From the UHGV virus genome UHGV-0018639: a stretch of 64,000 nucleotides of DNA. One strand, written 5' to 3'. Positions 1 to 9,662 of this stretch are shown in pieces. Position 1 is the first letter of the stretch. Each line of letters begins with the position of its first letter. The notes below the pieces were generated by a model that was not told the DNA's origin, did not search any database, and worked only from the letters and a program-made list of their open reading frames with translations. The position numbers were made by a program, and so were the translations under genes. This DNA is from a virus.

Positions 1-802
1 CCTTTGAAAGTAAACATCCACAAGATAATACTTTTCCATAGTTAAGATTTCCGGGAGTGGCATAATGAGTTCTACCGCAATCACATTTACATTCCCACAA
101 AATCCCACCATTTTTATCGCGCTGGTCTGTAGGCTTTATCGCAACTAATCTGCCAAATCTTTTGCCAGTAATGTCTACAGTGATTTTACACCCGCAAGAT
201 TTTGTTGTGCCATTTCTGAGACTAGCCCCCATTACTACACAAGTATTACCACATTCACATTTACAATTCCAATAAGTATGATTTGAATAAGAATTTTTAA
301 AATTAGATTTAGATATAACTGTTAATTTTCCAAAAACCATTCCCGTCATATCTTTTTCTGATCCACGACAAGAAGCACTGCCACAACTAGACACTTCACC
401 ATATCTTAACGATGTGCCCCTCACATTAACAACTTTCCCACAATCACATTGACACTCCCAAATTACTTGACGATTTGGACCTCGTTCAGATAAAGGCCTT
501 TTTGCTATTAGAGTTCCAAATCTTTGATTGGTAATGTCTTTAAAATTGCATCTTATAATACCATTTTCCCGATTTTCTTCATACGCCTGTAAAGTTAATT
601 CTTGATGTTTACACCCGCAAGAGCGAGTTTTTCCAGACTTTAAATTATCTCCATAAACTTCTCTTCGTGTCCCACACTCACACTCACAAAGCCAAACCAC
701 TTTACCACTACGATTTTTAACTCTGTATAAAACAGTCCAAGCTCCAAACTTTTGCCCTCTTAAATCCTGAGCTTTTCCAACAGGAATCTCATCTTCATGC
801 AT
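1..802 (-). CDS. Cys-rich tandem-repeat protein; the C-terminal part runs off the window start
   Basis: Minus-strand ORF starting ATG at 800-802 (MHEDEIPVGK...). It reads open to position 1 and is absent from the ORF track because no stop is seen. It contains four tandem repeats of about 58 aa, FGxLxV...W-C-C-CG...L-YG...SCGC, which look like zinc ribbons. Confidence 0.5.
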   Translation of the reverse strand, partial: MHEDEIPVGKAQDLRGQKFGAWTVLYRVKNRSGKVVWLCECECGTRREVYGDNLKSGKTRSCGCKHQELTLQAYEENRENGIIRCNFKDITNQRFGTLIAKRPLSERGPNRQVIWECQCDCGKVVNVRGTSLRYGEVSSCGSASCRGSEKDMTGMVFGKLTVISKSNFKNSYSNHTYWNCKCECGNTCVVMGASLRNGTTKSCGCKITVDITGKRFGRLVAIKPTDQRDKNGGILWECKCDCGRTHYATPGNLNYGKVLSCGCLLSK

Positions 803-803
803 T

Positions 804-1025
804 TTATTCAACCTCTACTAAAATTATTATATTGTTATTTTCATTATTGAAACTAACATTTTTAACAATTTTATTATAATAAGGCTCTAATTTATCTAGG
901 AGTCTTCCAATTTTAGGGTTATTATCCATAATAATACGCCAGCAATATTCTCTTTCCTCAATTGAGGTAAAGAAATATATGCCATCTAAATTACAGAGAG
1001 AAATAAATTGCTCTAAATTAATCAT
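804..1025 (-). CDS. hypothetical protein (73 aa)
   Basis: ORF track entry, tightly packed in the minus-strand operon with start/stop overlaps. Confidence 0.4.
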   Translation of the reverse strand: MINLEQFISLCNLDGIYFFTSIEEREYCWRIIMDNNPKIGRLLDKLEPYYNKIVKNVSFNNENNNIIILVEVE

Positions 1026-1177
1026 GTATCTAGATTATCCTTTTCTTTATTTTCCTCAATTAACTCTTTAAAATATTTATACCAATAGCAGGACTTATCT
1101 GGTAGACAAGTCCTACACATAGCAGTTTTGCAATTACAGAATTCAAACAAAGGGCATTTATTCCATTTATTAGTCAT
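1022..1177 (-). CDS. small Cys-rich protein (about 51 aa, approximate coordinates)
   Basis: Minus-strand ORF I translated by eye (MTNKWNKCPLFEFCNCKTAMCRTCLPDKSCYW...). It fills the gap between 1025 and 1174 and overlaps its neighbours by ATGA. Confidence 0.3.
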   Translation of the reverse strand: MTNKWNKCPLFEFCNCKTAMCRTCLPDKSCYWYKYFKELIEENKEKDNLDT

Positions 1178-3036
1178 TCTCTGATCTCCGAAAAGTCTAC
1201 ATTCTGTATAATAAAGTCACGTCTTGGACTTACTTCACTTCCCATTAGGGAATAAAGTAAATCCATTGCTTCTTCATCATACTCTATCACGTCCATACGC
1301 TGATATTCAGGATCAAACATAGATTTACGTGCCTGATTGGGTTCAAGAGAACCGAGGCCCTTATTACGCTGAACTTCGCCCTTCACCTTGGTTTTATTTG
1401 CTTCATATTCTGCATCAGTAAAGAAATAAGACTCAGTTTTTCCATTATTAACAATCCACAAAGGAGAGCGCAGCCAACACAGTCTGCCCTCACGAATAAA
1501 CTGAGGAGCAATATGCGCTAAAGCCGCCATAATAAGCAGGCCAATATGATAGCCGTCACTATCAGCATCGGTACAGATAGCAAGCTTGCCATACCGAAGT
1601 TTTTTTGCATCATACTTTTCGGGTACAATATTCATAGCACTTAATAGCAATTTAATTTCTTCATTCTCATAAACCTTCTCATCAGGATTAGATAAAGCAT
1701 TGATAATTTTACCTCGAATGGCCATAATACCATACTTAGTATAATCACGGCCCTGCGCCAAGCCTCCTAGTGCAGAATCACCCTCAGCAATCAACAGAGT
1801 GGAGTCTTCTCCCAAAAATTCCGCGTCTTTTAATTTATCGCTCGAAAAAACTTTTCGTTTTTGATTTTTTTCAACTTCTTTAGAAGCATTTAAAACTTGC
1901 TGACGAGTGCGCTCAGCCGCTTGATCGGCCTTAGCCTCTTTTGTTAAAAGCTCCATAACCTTATCAAACTCGTCACGGTGCTTTCGCTCAAACTCCTCAA
2001 GCATTTGGCCGGTCGCACGTTGACACAAGCCACGGAGAACAGGATTGTTTACTTTTGTCTTTGTTTGATCACTGAAACTAGGCTGAGGAACTTTGCAGCT
2101 TACTGCATAAAACAAACCTTTTCGAAGAATATCAGGTGGAACTTCACCCTTTATTTTCTTTTTGAAAAAGTTTGTAAGTGCTGTCTTTACGCCTGTAAGA
2201 CTAGTACCACCTGCGGTATTTTCAAGTCCATTAGTAAAAACGTGCCATTCTTCATTGCGTCCATTTGTCCAACACATCACAATTTCAGCTTCTACGTTAT
2301 CTTCTTTCATTATAACGTGGAGAGGGGTTTTGTTTAGCGATTTACCCGCGCAAGTTTTCATAAAGTCAAGCAATCCATTCTTTGCGTGGTACTGAACTGT
2401 TTCCTCTTCCCCTTTTATATGATTATTCAAAATAAAAGTAAGAAATGGATAAAGATAAGACCAGTTGCGACACATTTCTTTTATATCAGAAAATTTGATG
2501 TTTATTGGCTCAAGATTATACACTTCTTGAGAGGGAATGAAATCAACAAACATCCCATGTGCTTTAGGATTATTAGGTTCACCGACTGTAAGTGAAACTT
2601 TATTTCCTTTTTCAAGTATCAATTCACATTCTTTTCCATCTCTCATTGATACCGCGCGAAACTTATCACTCGACAAAGCAGTGCCCTTTGCGCCAATGCC
2701 ATTGAGGCCACCAACATTTTGATAAATTTTATCATTGAATTTGCCACCACTATGAGGTAGTGTATAAATTGCTTCAAGAGCATCAATACTATCATCTCTC
2801 AAACCAAATGGACAGCCTCTTCCATTATCAAGCACGGTAATTCGATTTCCTTCATATAAATCAACAACAATGCGATCACAGTATCCCATAGTTGCTTCAT
2901 CTATTGAATTTGTGACGATTTCGCGCACGCACTGTAAAACACCTTGATTATCTGCACTGCCCATATACATGGCTACGCGAGTTCTTACCGCATCTCGAAA
3001 GTTTAATGTTTCAATTGAATTGGCATCATAACTCAT
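1174..3036 (-). CDS. type IIA DNA topoisomerase ATPase/Toprim subunit (GyrB/ParE, T4 gp39-like)
   Basis: 620 aa. It has a GHKL ATPase N-terminus (VREIVTNSIDE, LDNGRG, GLNGIGAKG) and the Toprim motif EGDSALGG. Confidence 0.85.
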   Translation of the reverse strand: MSYDANSIETLNFRDAVRTRVAMYMGSADNQGVLQCVREIVTNSIDEATMGYCDRIVVDLYEGNRITVLDNGRGCPFGLRDDSIDALEAIYTLPHSGGKFNDKIYQNVGGLNGIGAKGTALSSDKFRAVSMRDGKECELILEKGNKVSLTVGEPNNPKAHGMFVDFIPSQEVYNLEPINIKFSDIKEMCRNWSYLYPFLTFILNNHIKGEEETVQYHAKNGLLDFMKTCAGKSLNKTPLHVIMKEDNVEAEIVMCWTNGRNEEWHVFTNGLENTAGGTSLTGVKTALTNFFKKKIKGEVPPDILRKGLFYAVSCKVPQPSFSDQTKTKVNNPVLRGLCQRATGQMLEEFERKHRDEFDKVMELLTKEAKADQAAERTRQQVLNASKEVEKNQKRKVFSSDKLKDAEFLGEDSTLLIAEGDSALGGLAQGRDYTKYGIMAIRGKIINALSNPDEKVYENEEIKLLLSAMNIVPEKYDAKKLRYGKLAICTDADSDGYHIGLLIMAALAHIAPQFIREGRLCWLRSPLWIVNNGKTESYFFTDAEYEANKTKVKGEVQRNKGLGSLEPNQARKSMFDPEYQRMDVIEYDEEAMDLLYSLMGSEVSPRRDFIIQNVDFSEIRE

Positions 3037-3093
3037 TTTTTCATCTCCAATCTTATTTTTCTTTTTTAATTATAACAAAAATTGAGGAAGAAA

Positions 3094-3384
3094 TCAAATT
3101 TCTTCCTCTAAATTCATTCTGTCGATTTGTCTTTTATCTCTTGGCGAATGATCAACTGCCGCGCCATAGGTTCCTTTATGTCGATATGACGCATGACCAT
3201 TTTTGGTTTTAGTTTTCTTCGATTTTCCCGCCGTTATGTATTTACTTATTTCGCCACTATTGGCAAAATAACCATCCTCCGCCCCGGCAGAGCGCCCCGC
3301 ATGGTCAAGATGGGATAGTAAATGGCGGCGGTGTTTGATTTTTCTTTGGCGAGCTTCGCGCATTTCTTCTTTAGTTCGACTCAT
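3094..3384 (-). CDS. basic hypothetical protein (96 aa)
   Basis: ORF track entry, rich in Lys and Arg. Confidence 0.4.
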   Translation of the reverse strand: MSRTKEEMREARQRKIKHRRHLLSHLDHAGRSAGAEDGYFANSGEISKYITAGKSKKTKTKNGHASYRHKGTYGAAVDHSPRDKRQIDRMNLEEEI

Positions 3385-3787
3385 TTTTTACTTCAATCCT
3401 CATTAGCTCATTTTCACCGAAAGGAAGACTACTAAAAGAAACATTTGTTGTCAATCTTGTTTCAGTGCTCATTCTTGCTATTGCTGAATTTCCAATTCCT
3501 CCGGTGATTGAATTTGTTGAATAAAACTGTTCAATTGTTGTCAGTTTTGGTTTTACAAATTGTGTAATATAACAATCAATACCATTCCATTTTGTCTTTA
3601 TCTTTAAATAAAAAGGCTTTTCATTTTCAAAATCAATACAACTCATATCAAAATAAGTAGTCCCGCAATATGGGCACTTATTTAGTTCGGGTTCGATTGG
3701 AGCCGCGCAATTAGGACAATTTATCTTCAAGGCTTTTCTTCCTCCCAATTTGGTGGAACAAAATTTGTCGCAAAATCCCAAACCCAT
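3371..3787 (-). CDS. zinc-ribbon protein; the N-terminal extent is uncertain
   Basis: CPNCAAP...CPYCG motif. The start may be an internal TTG or ATG preceded by GGAGG, because the 5' end overlaps the next small ORF. Confidence 0.45.
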   Translation of the reverse strand: MGLGFCDKFCSTKLGGRKALKINCPNCAAPIEPELNKCPYCGTTYFDMSCIDFENEKPFYLKIKTKWNGIDCYITQFVKPKLTTIEQFYSTNSITGGIGNSAIARMSTETRLTTNVSFSSLPFGENELMRIEVKNESN

Positions 3788-3902
3788 TTACCACGCCACA
3801 CAAGAAAAAAGGTAGTGCCGCACGTGTTGTCAACATAAGTATCCAAAATGGGTTCAATTTTTTGTGTCTTTACATTTTTTGCTTTGAACATTTATTCCAC
3901 CA
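3738..3902 (-). CDS. small hypothetical protein (about 54 aa)
   Basis: ORF I found by eye (MFKAKNVKTQKIEP...) with RBS AAGGTGG upstream and a class-II promoter just upstream on the minus strand. Confidence 0.3.
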
Positions 3903-3914
3903 CCTTTTACTTTT

Positions 3915-3950
3915 ATTATATTATATCAAAATTTCTTTTCAAAATCAAAT
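3915..3950 (-). promoter_or_regulatory. class-II-like promoter on the minus strand
   Basis: Reverse complement reads TTGATT-N17-TATAATATAATAAAAG, upstream of minus gene 3738-3902. Confidence 0.5.
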
Positions 3951-4007
3951 TTGTAGAGTTTCAGTTATATTGGCCTACTTATATAAGTCAAAGGAGGGAT
4001 GATATCT

Positions 4008-4184
4008 ATGGCTGATACCAAAAAAGCCCCTGAGTGCCGTAATAGAATTATGGCATATGTTATGAATAAACGCATTAACTATCGTGTATTAGAAACTCTG
4101 TTGGACAATCTTGAAGCAGCTATTATTGCTGATAATAAAACCGAAGAAACACCGATTCAACCAGAAGGCCCCTCAGAGGGATAA
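4008..4184 (+). CDS. small hypothetical protein (58 aa)
   Basis: ATG 9 nt after AAGGAGG, followed by a bidirectional intrinsic terminator. Confidence 0.4.
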   Translation: MADTKKAPECRNRIMAYVMNKRINYRVLETLLDNLEAAIIADNKTEETPIQPEGPSEG

Positions 4185-4190
4185 ATTATG

Positions 4191-4224
4191 CGCCAGTCTT
4201 TTAAATAAGACTGGCGTTTTTTAT
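4191..4224. terminator. bidirectional intrinsic terminator
   Basis: Hairpin CGCCAGTCTT-TTAAATAA-GACTGGCG followed by TTTTTTATT; sits between convergent genes. Confidence 0.7.
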
Positions 4225-4466
4225 TTATCTTCAGAACTCCATTTGTTAAGAGTTTTTTGATCGACTCGCAGAATATATAAATCATCGTCCTCCCCATTTT
4301 TCTGAATGAGAAGTGTATTGATACCAAATCTATTCAAATGCGGCATAAACAAATATAGCCCTTCCAAAGTAGTGCCGCAGAAGTTCATATTACGCAGATT
4401 ATGATAAATAAACTGGCGTGTTGCTTCGTTTTCTCTTTCCCAATCTATTCTTTCTATCATTCCCAA
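4221..4466 (-). CDS. hypothetical protein (81 aa)
   Basis: ORF track entry. Its stop overlaps the helicase gene start. Confidence 0.45.
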   Translation of the reverse strand: MGMIERIDWERENEATRQFIYHNLRNMNFCGTTLEGLYLFMPHLNRFGINTLLIQKNGEDDDLYILRVDQKTLNKWSSEDK

Positions 4467-5566
4467 CTCCTAAATTTTTGTTCTTGTTCTTTTTTGACGC
4501 GACGGCGTTTTACCCATAAAAGAAAGTCCTGAGCACGTGTAATAGCGACATAAGCAAGGCGTCCTTCCTCAACCATATCAAGCGGCACTCTGTGGGTATA
4601 ATAATTCGGCTCAGGAATTGTTGCGCCAATTACTACAACCTTCTTTTGTTGAAGTCCCTTTGATGAATGTATTGTGAGGACTTTGACAGTATTCTGCTTC
4701 ATTTTTTCTTGAAGTTGACCAAGATTTACTTCTTTTTGCTTGAAAGTATCGCAAAAAATGCCGCGACTTTCAAGATAAGATTTGACAGTTTCAAGCTGCG
4801 CATTAGTGCGAGTCAATACAAACCATTCACCAAATTTGCCATCTTGAAGTATATAATTTGCAACTGTTTCCAAATTGTAAAGAATTGTAATCTTTTTTCC
4901 CATTTCATCGCGCATTAGAGTAGAATTGTCATAATAACCACAATTCATCCGCTCAATGGCCCATTTTGCGAATTCGTGAATAACACGCGAATTACGGAAA
5001 TTTTCAGATAGTTTATAAGTTGCTACTCCATCAGTCTGGCTCAAATTTACAATAAGGTCAGGATTACTACCCGCAAATGCATAGATTGTTTGCTTTTCAT
5101 CTCCTAATATTGTAAATCGTTTTGGGTTTACCATTTCCAGAATAAACTCAAACTGATGATTATTACTATCTTGTGCTTCATCAAGCAGCAAATGATCGAC
5201 AGGAAAGTTATTTACACAACGTGGGTTCTGTTTTACTAAATTAAATAGTTCATCAAAGTCTTCGCTTTCAATTGTTTCTCTAGTTGCAATTTGTTCAGTG
5301 TGAAGTAAAAAGTTTGCAAATGAATGAACAGTGCCACAAAATCCAATCTGTAAAGGCTCAAGACGATTTATAATTTCTTGCGCCGCATTATTTGTAAATG
5401 TAATAGCCACAATATGTGAGGGCAATGTTCCTTGAGATACAAGCCACTTTATGCGTTCAATAAGGCAAAAAGTCTTTGAAGTGCCTGCACTAGACATTAC
5501 GACAACCTTGTCTTCTGGCGCAGTTATTATTCTATGTTGCTGTTCTGTTATTTTTATTTCGTCCAT
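4457..5566 (-). CDS. UvrD/PcrA-like SF1 DNA helicase (short form)
   Basis: Walker A-like AGTSKT and the UvrD motif Ia AITFTNNAA. 369 aa. Confidence 0.75.
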   Translation of the reverse strand: MDEIKITEQQHRIITAPEDKVVVMSSAGTSKTFCLIERIKWLVSQGTLPSHIVAITFTNNAAQEIINRLEPLQIGFCGTVHSFANFLLHTEQIATRETIESEDFDELFNLVKQNPRCVNNFPVDHLLLDEAQDSNNHQFEFILEMVNPKRFTILGDEKQTIYAFAGSNPDLIVNLSQTDGVATYKLSENFRNSRVIHEFAKWAIERMNCGYYDNSTLMRDEMGKKITILYNLETVANYILQDGKFGEWFVLTRTNAQLETVKSYLESRGIFCDTFKQKEVNLGQLQEKMKQNTVKVLTIHSSKGLQQKKVVVIGATIPEPNYYTHRVPLDMVEEGRLAYVAITRAQDFLLWVKRRRVKKEQEQKFRSWE

Positions 5567-6336
5567 TATCCTACTCTCTCATTTAATCCAAATTTTTTTG
5601 TGTCATAAAATTCAGTCCAATATTTTTCGCGTTCAGTCAGCTTATCTTTTGAAACTTTTTCCAATAATTCAAAAGTAAAATTTTCAATCCCATCTTCCTC
5701 CATTATAGTATGAAGGCGCGAATGACTGATGGTGCCACAATGATAGGCAGACTTAGCGTGTTGAATCCAACGGTCGCGCACATTTGTGGATTTGCCTATA
5801 TAAATTTCGCCTGTTTTTTCGCGTGTGATTTTATAGATGCCACTTGGTTGTTCTCCGTTTAAGACACGGCGTGTCATTTCAAGGACAGGTTTAGCACAAT
5901 AAGTATCATATATCATTTTATCTATATCAATGCGGCGATTAAGTTTAGGGGCTATTTCGCGCAAGACTTGTATGTCATTTAATGCCTCAGGAGACAAATT
6001 GACTTTGAAGAAGGTCTGTTCTTCAATCTTTTTCTTTTCACGGCGTATATCTTCATTTAAAACTTCGCGGCGTTCGCGCAAAGCATCAAGAGCTTTTTGG
6101 ACAATATCACATTGATATTGCGCATCTTGTGTTTCTTGGTTTATTTGTTCTATTCGAGCGTTATATTGAAGTTCAACTTCATCAAGCTCTTGTCGATATT
6201 TCTCCCTTGCTTCTAAAACATTGCGCGCCGCTTCGTCTATAATTTCTTTTTCTTTTTGTAAAACTAAATTTTTTTTATAATAGTGAATGTATATAAAATT
6301 AGCAATTATCAGTGCAACTATTATGAATATGGCCAT
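5566..6336 (-). CDS. GIY-YIG nuclease domain protein with N-terminal TM helix and coiled coil
   Basis: C-terminal GIYKI...GEIYIGKSTNVRDRWIQH (GIY-YIG), a hydrophobic N-terminus and a long coiled coil. The likely true start is MAIFIIV, with AGGAGG 7 nt upstream. Confidence 0.7.
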   Translation of the reverse strand: MAIFIIVALIIANFIYIHYYKKNLVLQKEKEIIDEAARNVLEAREKYRQELDEVELQYNARIEQINQETQDAQYQCDIVQKALDALRERREVLNEDIRREKKKIEEQTFFKVNLSPEALNDIQVLREIAPKLNRRIDIDKMIYDTYCAKPVLEMTRRVLNGEQPSGIYKITREKTGEIYIGKSTNVRDRWIQHAKSAYHCGTISHSRLHTIMEEDGIENFTFELLEKVSKDKLTEREKYWTEFYDTKKFGLNERVG

Positions 6337-6339
6337 TAC

Positions 6340-6400
6340 AATTCCTCCTATATTTCTTACTATATATAAGTATATCATAAAAAATGCTGGAAGTCAAATT
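6340..6400 (-). promoter_or_regulatory. class-II-like promoter on the minus strand, overlapping a terminator hairpin
   Basis: Reverse complement reads TTGACT-N17-TATACTTATATATAGTAAGAAATATAGGAGG. The -35 lies inside the hairpin stem. Confidence 0.5.
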
Positions 6401-6414
6401 TTCTGACTTCCAGC
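6386..6414 (-). terminator. intrinsic terminator hairpin (GCTGGAAGTCA...TGACTTCCAGC)
   Basis: Perfect 11-bp stem followed on the minus strand by ATTTTTTAT. Confidence 0.6.
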
Positions 6415-6421
6415 TTATATA

Positions 6422-6907
6422 TTATGGGTTGGGTTCATCTTCTAATACTTGCCAACATGACATTCGTGTATAATATTTGTCTATATAACTATTACCTTTA
6501 AGCTCTTTATAATCTTTATAAAGAGTATCTAGCTGTTCTTTCACAGACATAGGAAAGGTTCGTGCATCTCGGTATGTATGATATATATCCATTATATTTG
6601 CACGTAATATATTTTTTTGGCTTACGGCTAGTAAATCTATTTGTTCACTTTGGTAGATGTTTGTCTCTTCAATTCTATCCAAGCGCTCATCTATCCCGTC
6701 AAGCCGCGTATCAATATTACCCAACTGCTCTTGTATAGGGGCGAGTTTCTTTTCAATTTCTTCTCCGACTTCTCCTGCTCGTCTCTGTTTTATTTTACTC
6801 CAAAGACCTTGGAAAAAGCCAAATTTTTTACAAATTTTTTCAAACCCATCAGCGACAAGATAAATAGTTATAATCATGCCACCAATAAGTTCTGGTGAAA
6901 GTTCCAT
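6422..6907 (-). CDS. coiled-coil hypothetical protein (161 aa)
   Basis: ORF track entry with a heptad-rich sequence. Confidence 0.5.
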   Translation of the reverse strand: MELSPELIGGMIITIYLVADGFEKICKKFGFFQGLWSKIKQRRAGEVGEEIEKKLAPIQEQLGNIDTRLDGIDERLDRIEETNIYQSEQIDLLAVSQKNILRANIMDIYHTYRDARTFPMSVKEQLDTLYKDYKELKGNSYIDKYYTRMSCWQVLEDEPNP

Positions 6908-6948
6908 TCGCTCACCTCCTCGTCCTATAAAAGTAGCCGTTAGTCAAC

Positions 6949-7359
6949 TTACTCTACAGAACTTTGGTGCGCCCGCCAAACTTCATCATTATGCCAGCGA
7001 GATTTTGCAAGATATTTATCTTTGAATAGTTCGTGTGCGTCAGTAAGCGAATAAATATCCCAAAATGGGATAATGTATAAGGGAATATGATTAGCTAGCG
7101 CATAACTGATTTTGCGGCGGTCGTGCTCTTGTTGCTTCAACAGGCCGCTACGCCCCCCGAAAACTTCATAATAATGCTGCTGGCCATTTACTTCAATAAG
7201 GCCAAATGGTGTTTTGAAGTCATAGCGGAAGCGTCCGCCGCGCAAGTCTGTGTAAGATACTTCCTTCTGGTAGTAAATGTGCGCCTTTTGAAGTAAATCG
7301 CCAATATAGTTCTCATAATGGCTAGGCATTACATTTCCTCTATCTGACGCCACAGGCAC
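6949..7359 (-). CDS. hypothetical protein (136 aa)
   Basis: ORF track entry that overlaps the ligase gene stop. Confidence 0.5.
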   Translation of the reverse strand: MPVASDRGNVMPSHYENYIGDLLQKAHIYYQKEVSYTDLRGGRFRYDFKTPFGLIEVNGQQHYYEVFGGRSGLLKQQEHDRRKISYALANHIPLYIIPFWDIYSLTDAHELFKDKYLAKSRWHNDEVWRAHQSSVE

Positions 7360-8438
7360 TCAGATTTATCCTTATCATCACGGAAACGCACAAATTTGGG
7401 GTGTCTGAGCATCTTATCATCTGTAAGTTGCATAGCACTTACTTCAATAACCCGCCCTGCATAGGTATCAGGATGGGATTTTATCTCTTCAGTAAGACCG
7501 CTAAGGAAGCCAATGGGATGAATCTTGTCATCATTATACACAGCAATTTCAAGACTACCAGCCATTCCATAGAAGAAAGATTTTGTAACTGGTTCATATT
7601 GCGCGCCCTTTGTAAATTCTTTATAGAAATTGCCTTTCTTGAACTCGTTTGTCTTAGTATCAAGCCAATATTCCCAAGTTTCAATTTCCTTACCAGTATA
7701 AGTCCGTGTAGGCTTTGTGTAACGTCCAGTAAAGAAACAATCTATTGTGTCTTCCAGCTCTTTCTTTATTTTGAGAGAAATCTTAGTGGAACGCTTGCCC
7801 GGTTGATAAAGCCCATTTTCATTTAGAATGACACCGCCTTCACCGCCAGCCGCGAGAGTATCAGCTATCATATTCCATAATTCCTGTCCCCAAAAATATT
7901 TGGCAGTTGAAACATAAAGGTGTCTATTATCTTGAATTATATTGTCTATGTAATACATATACGACATACGAACTTTTGCGGGACTGCCCATAAGGGACTT
8001 GCCATTCCAAGCTAGCACATCAAAAATATAGAAGTGGAGCTTGTCATCTTTCTGGCGTGCAATTGCTTTATCAGTAAGAGCGCCCATTACTTTAGTAACT
8101 TCACTAGATCCTTCGTGTGTCGGAAAATAAATTTCGCCAAGAGCACAAGTTCCAATCGGCAAGGCATCAAAAAATGATTGAAGTTGCGGAACGTGGTCGA
8201 GCTTATCAGCAAAATCACCACTTACACCACGAGAGCGGCTAAGTAGCATTATATTGTTATCTTCGTCTTTTACAAATTTAGAGAAGTAACCATCCATTTT
8301 TCGAGCGCCCATCCATTCACCAGAAAATACACGCTTACGTGCCTCTTCTTTTGGATCGCCTTTATAGGACTTTGGATGAGCATAATAACGCATCGGCTCC
8401 ATCTCTTTGAAATTAAATCCATCTATATAGCCAAGCAT
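7329..8438 (-). CDS. ATP-dependent polynucleotide ligase (DNA or RNA ligase, KxDG nucleotidyltransferase superfamily)
   Basis: Motif I ARKMDGY (KxDG), motif IV EGGVILNENG and motif V LKIKK. 369 aa, about the size of T7-type DNA ligase. Confidence 0.7.
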   Translation of the reverse strand: MLGYIDGFNFKEMEPMRYYAHPKSYKGDPKEEARKRVFSGEWMGARKMDGYFSKFVKDEDNNIMLLSRSRGVSGDFADKLDHVPQLQSFFDALPIGTCALGEIYFPTHEGSSEVTKVMGALTDKAIARQKDDKLHFYIFDVLAWNGKSLMGSPAKVRMSYMYYIDNIIQDNRHLYVSTAKYFWGQELWNMIADTLAAGGEGGVILNENGLYQPGKRSTKISLKIKKELEDTIDCFFTGRYTKPTRTYTGKEIETWEYWLDTKTNEFKKGNFYKEFTKGAQYEPVTKSFFYGMAGSLEIAVYNDDKIHPIGFLSGLTEEIKSHPDTYAGRVIEVSAMQLTDDKMLRHPKFVRFRDDKDKSECLWRQIEEM

Positions 8439-8507
8439 TTTGTAGCCTCCTATCTTTTCTTTTTTAGAAAGATTCTTTTTGTTTATTTTTCTTGAAGTAA
8501 TTTTTTC

Positions 8508-8566
8508 TTTTCTTGACTTATAAGTATTACTTATAAGTAAGACACATACATATCTTACCTATAAGT
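8508..8566. repeat. three ACTTATAAGT-type palindromic boxes upstream of the ligase gene
   Basis: GACTTATAAGTATTACTTATAAGTAAG....CCTATAAGTATAAC; the same motif recurs in the iteron field at 53.7-54.3 kb. Confidence 0.55.
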
Positions 8567-8608
8567 ATAACTTACATTTTATATTATATTTTTATAATAC
8601 GCTTTGGC

Positions 8609-9184
8609 TTACGTGTTTACTATACCAGAATTTTGGAAAGAAGTCAAATTTTTAATGAATCGCTTTGCTTCAACTTCCAAGTCCTCAAAAGTTTGATTGT
8701 TGTCTATTACATAATCATATTTGTAGTTAAGGACATTTGCATCAGCATGATTTGATGCCTTTGAAGCTTCTGCTGAATCGCGCCGTATAAGTAAGGTCGT
8801 ACCATTTGTGGCCTTCTTGAGCTTGTCAATTTCGGCAGGTTCGCGCACATCTACAAAAATGAAGCCTTTTCGCGGATCGATTTGATAGGACAGCAATTCA
8901 TCTTCAAACTCGCGCACGTATTTCATTATATCACGGAAAGGCGCATTGTTGTATGCACTCATTAGATCTTTTAAGTCTGACAGGAATTTACGATCACGTG
9001 GCTCTTTTACACCTTGCCAACCAACTTTCGCGGCAACCTCCTTTACCAAATCTACACTACTGCGCGCCCTATAATATGGACCAAGAATAAAGCTACACAT
9101 TTGTTCAAATGTAGTTTTACCACTACTGGGCGCGCCATTTACTATAACCACATTTACGTGGTTCTCAACTATGTTTGTGTCCAT
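8609..9184 (-). CDS. P-loop nucleotide/polynucleotide kinase
   Basis: Walker A GAPSSGKTT near the N-terminus. 191 aa. It lies between ligase and RNase H, so it could be a PNK-like 5'-kinase or a dNMP kinase. Confidence 0.6.
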   Translation of the reverse strand: MDTNIVENHVNVVIVNGAPSSGKTTFEQMCSFILGPYYRARSSVDLVKEVAAKVGWQGVKEPRDRKFLSDLKDLMSAYNNAPFRDIMKYVREFEDELLSYQIDPRKGFIFVDVREPAEIDKLKKATNGTTLLIRRDSAEASKASNHADANVLNYKYDYVIDNNQTFEDLEVEAKRFIKNLTSFQNSGIVNT

Positions 9185-9662
9185 TTTCTATTTCTCCTTG
9201 AATTTTCTTGCGGGCTTGCACTGCCATTTTATCAACTTCTTCATTATAAGCAATGCCAACGTGCCCACGCACTTTTTCCCATTTGAAGCGTTCATTCTCA
9301 AAATAAGGGATAAGTTCTTGCCAAAGTCTTTTGTTTGCGACAGGCTTTTTCTGTGAATTCAACCAGTTGTATTTCTGCCACGAGCAATACCATTTCTGGT
9401 CATAGCAGTTATGAATGTAGGCGCTGTCTGTAAATACCACACATTCATCAAAGCCAGTGAAGGGAGTTTGTTCGGTAAGATATTTCAGCCCCTCAATAAT
9501 GCTGCGCATTTCCATCTGATTGTTAGTTGCACCAACCTCACCGCCGCTCTGTCGAGTGATTATTCCTTTTCCTTTTTGAATAATCATGAAGGCCCAACCG
9601 CCAACAGCGCCTTCTTTTCCATTTTTACTGCAGGCGCCATCAGCCCATAGCTCATATGTCAT
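9165..9662 (-). CDS. rnhA: ribonuclease H (RNase HI family)
   Basis: ADGAC...TNNQMEM...KVRGHVGIAYNEEVDKMA, the classic RNase HI catalytic motifs. The start is taken at MTYELW and overlaps the upstream gene by 11 nt. Confidence 0.8.
   Translation of the reverse strand: MTYELWADGACSKNGKEGAVGGWAFMIIQKGKGIITRQSGGEVGATNNQMEMRSIIEGLKYLTEQTPFTGFDECVVFTDSAYIHNCYDQKWYCSWQKYNWLNSQKKPVANKRLWQELIPYFENERFKWEKVRGHVGIAYNEEVDKMAVQARKKIQGEIENGHKHS

Noticed and set aside
1978-2722. Four short plus-strand ORFs inside the topoisomerase gene
   Set aside because: They are nested antisense ORFs within a well-supported 620-aa gene.
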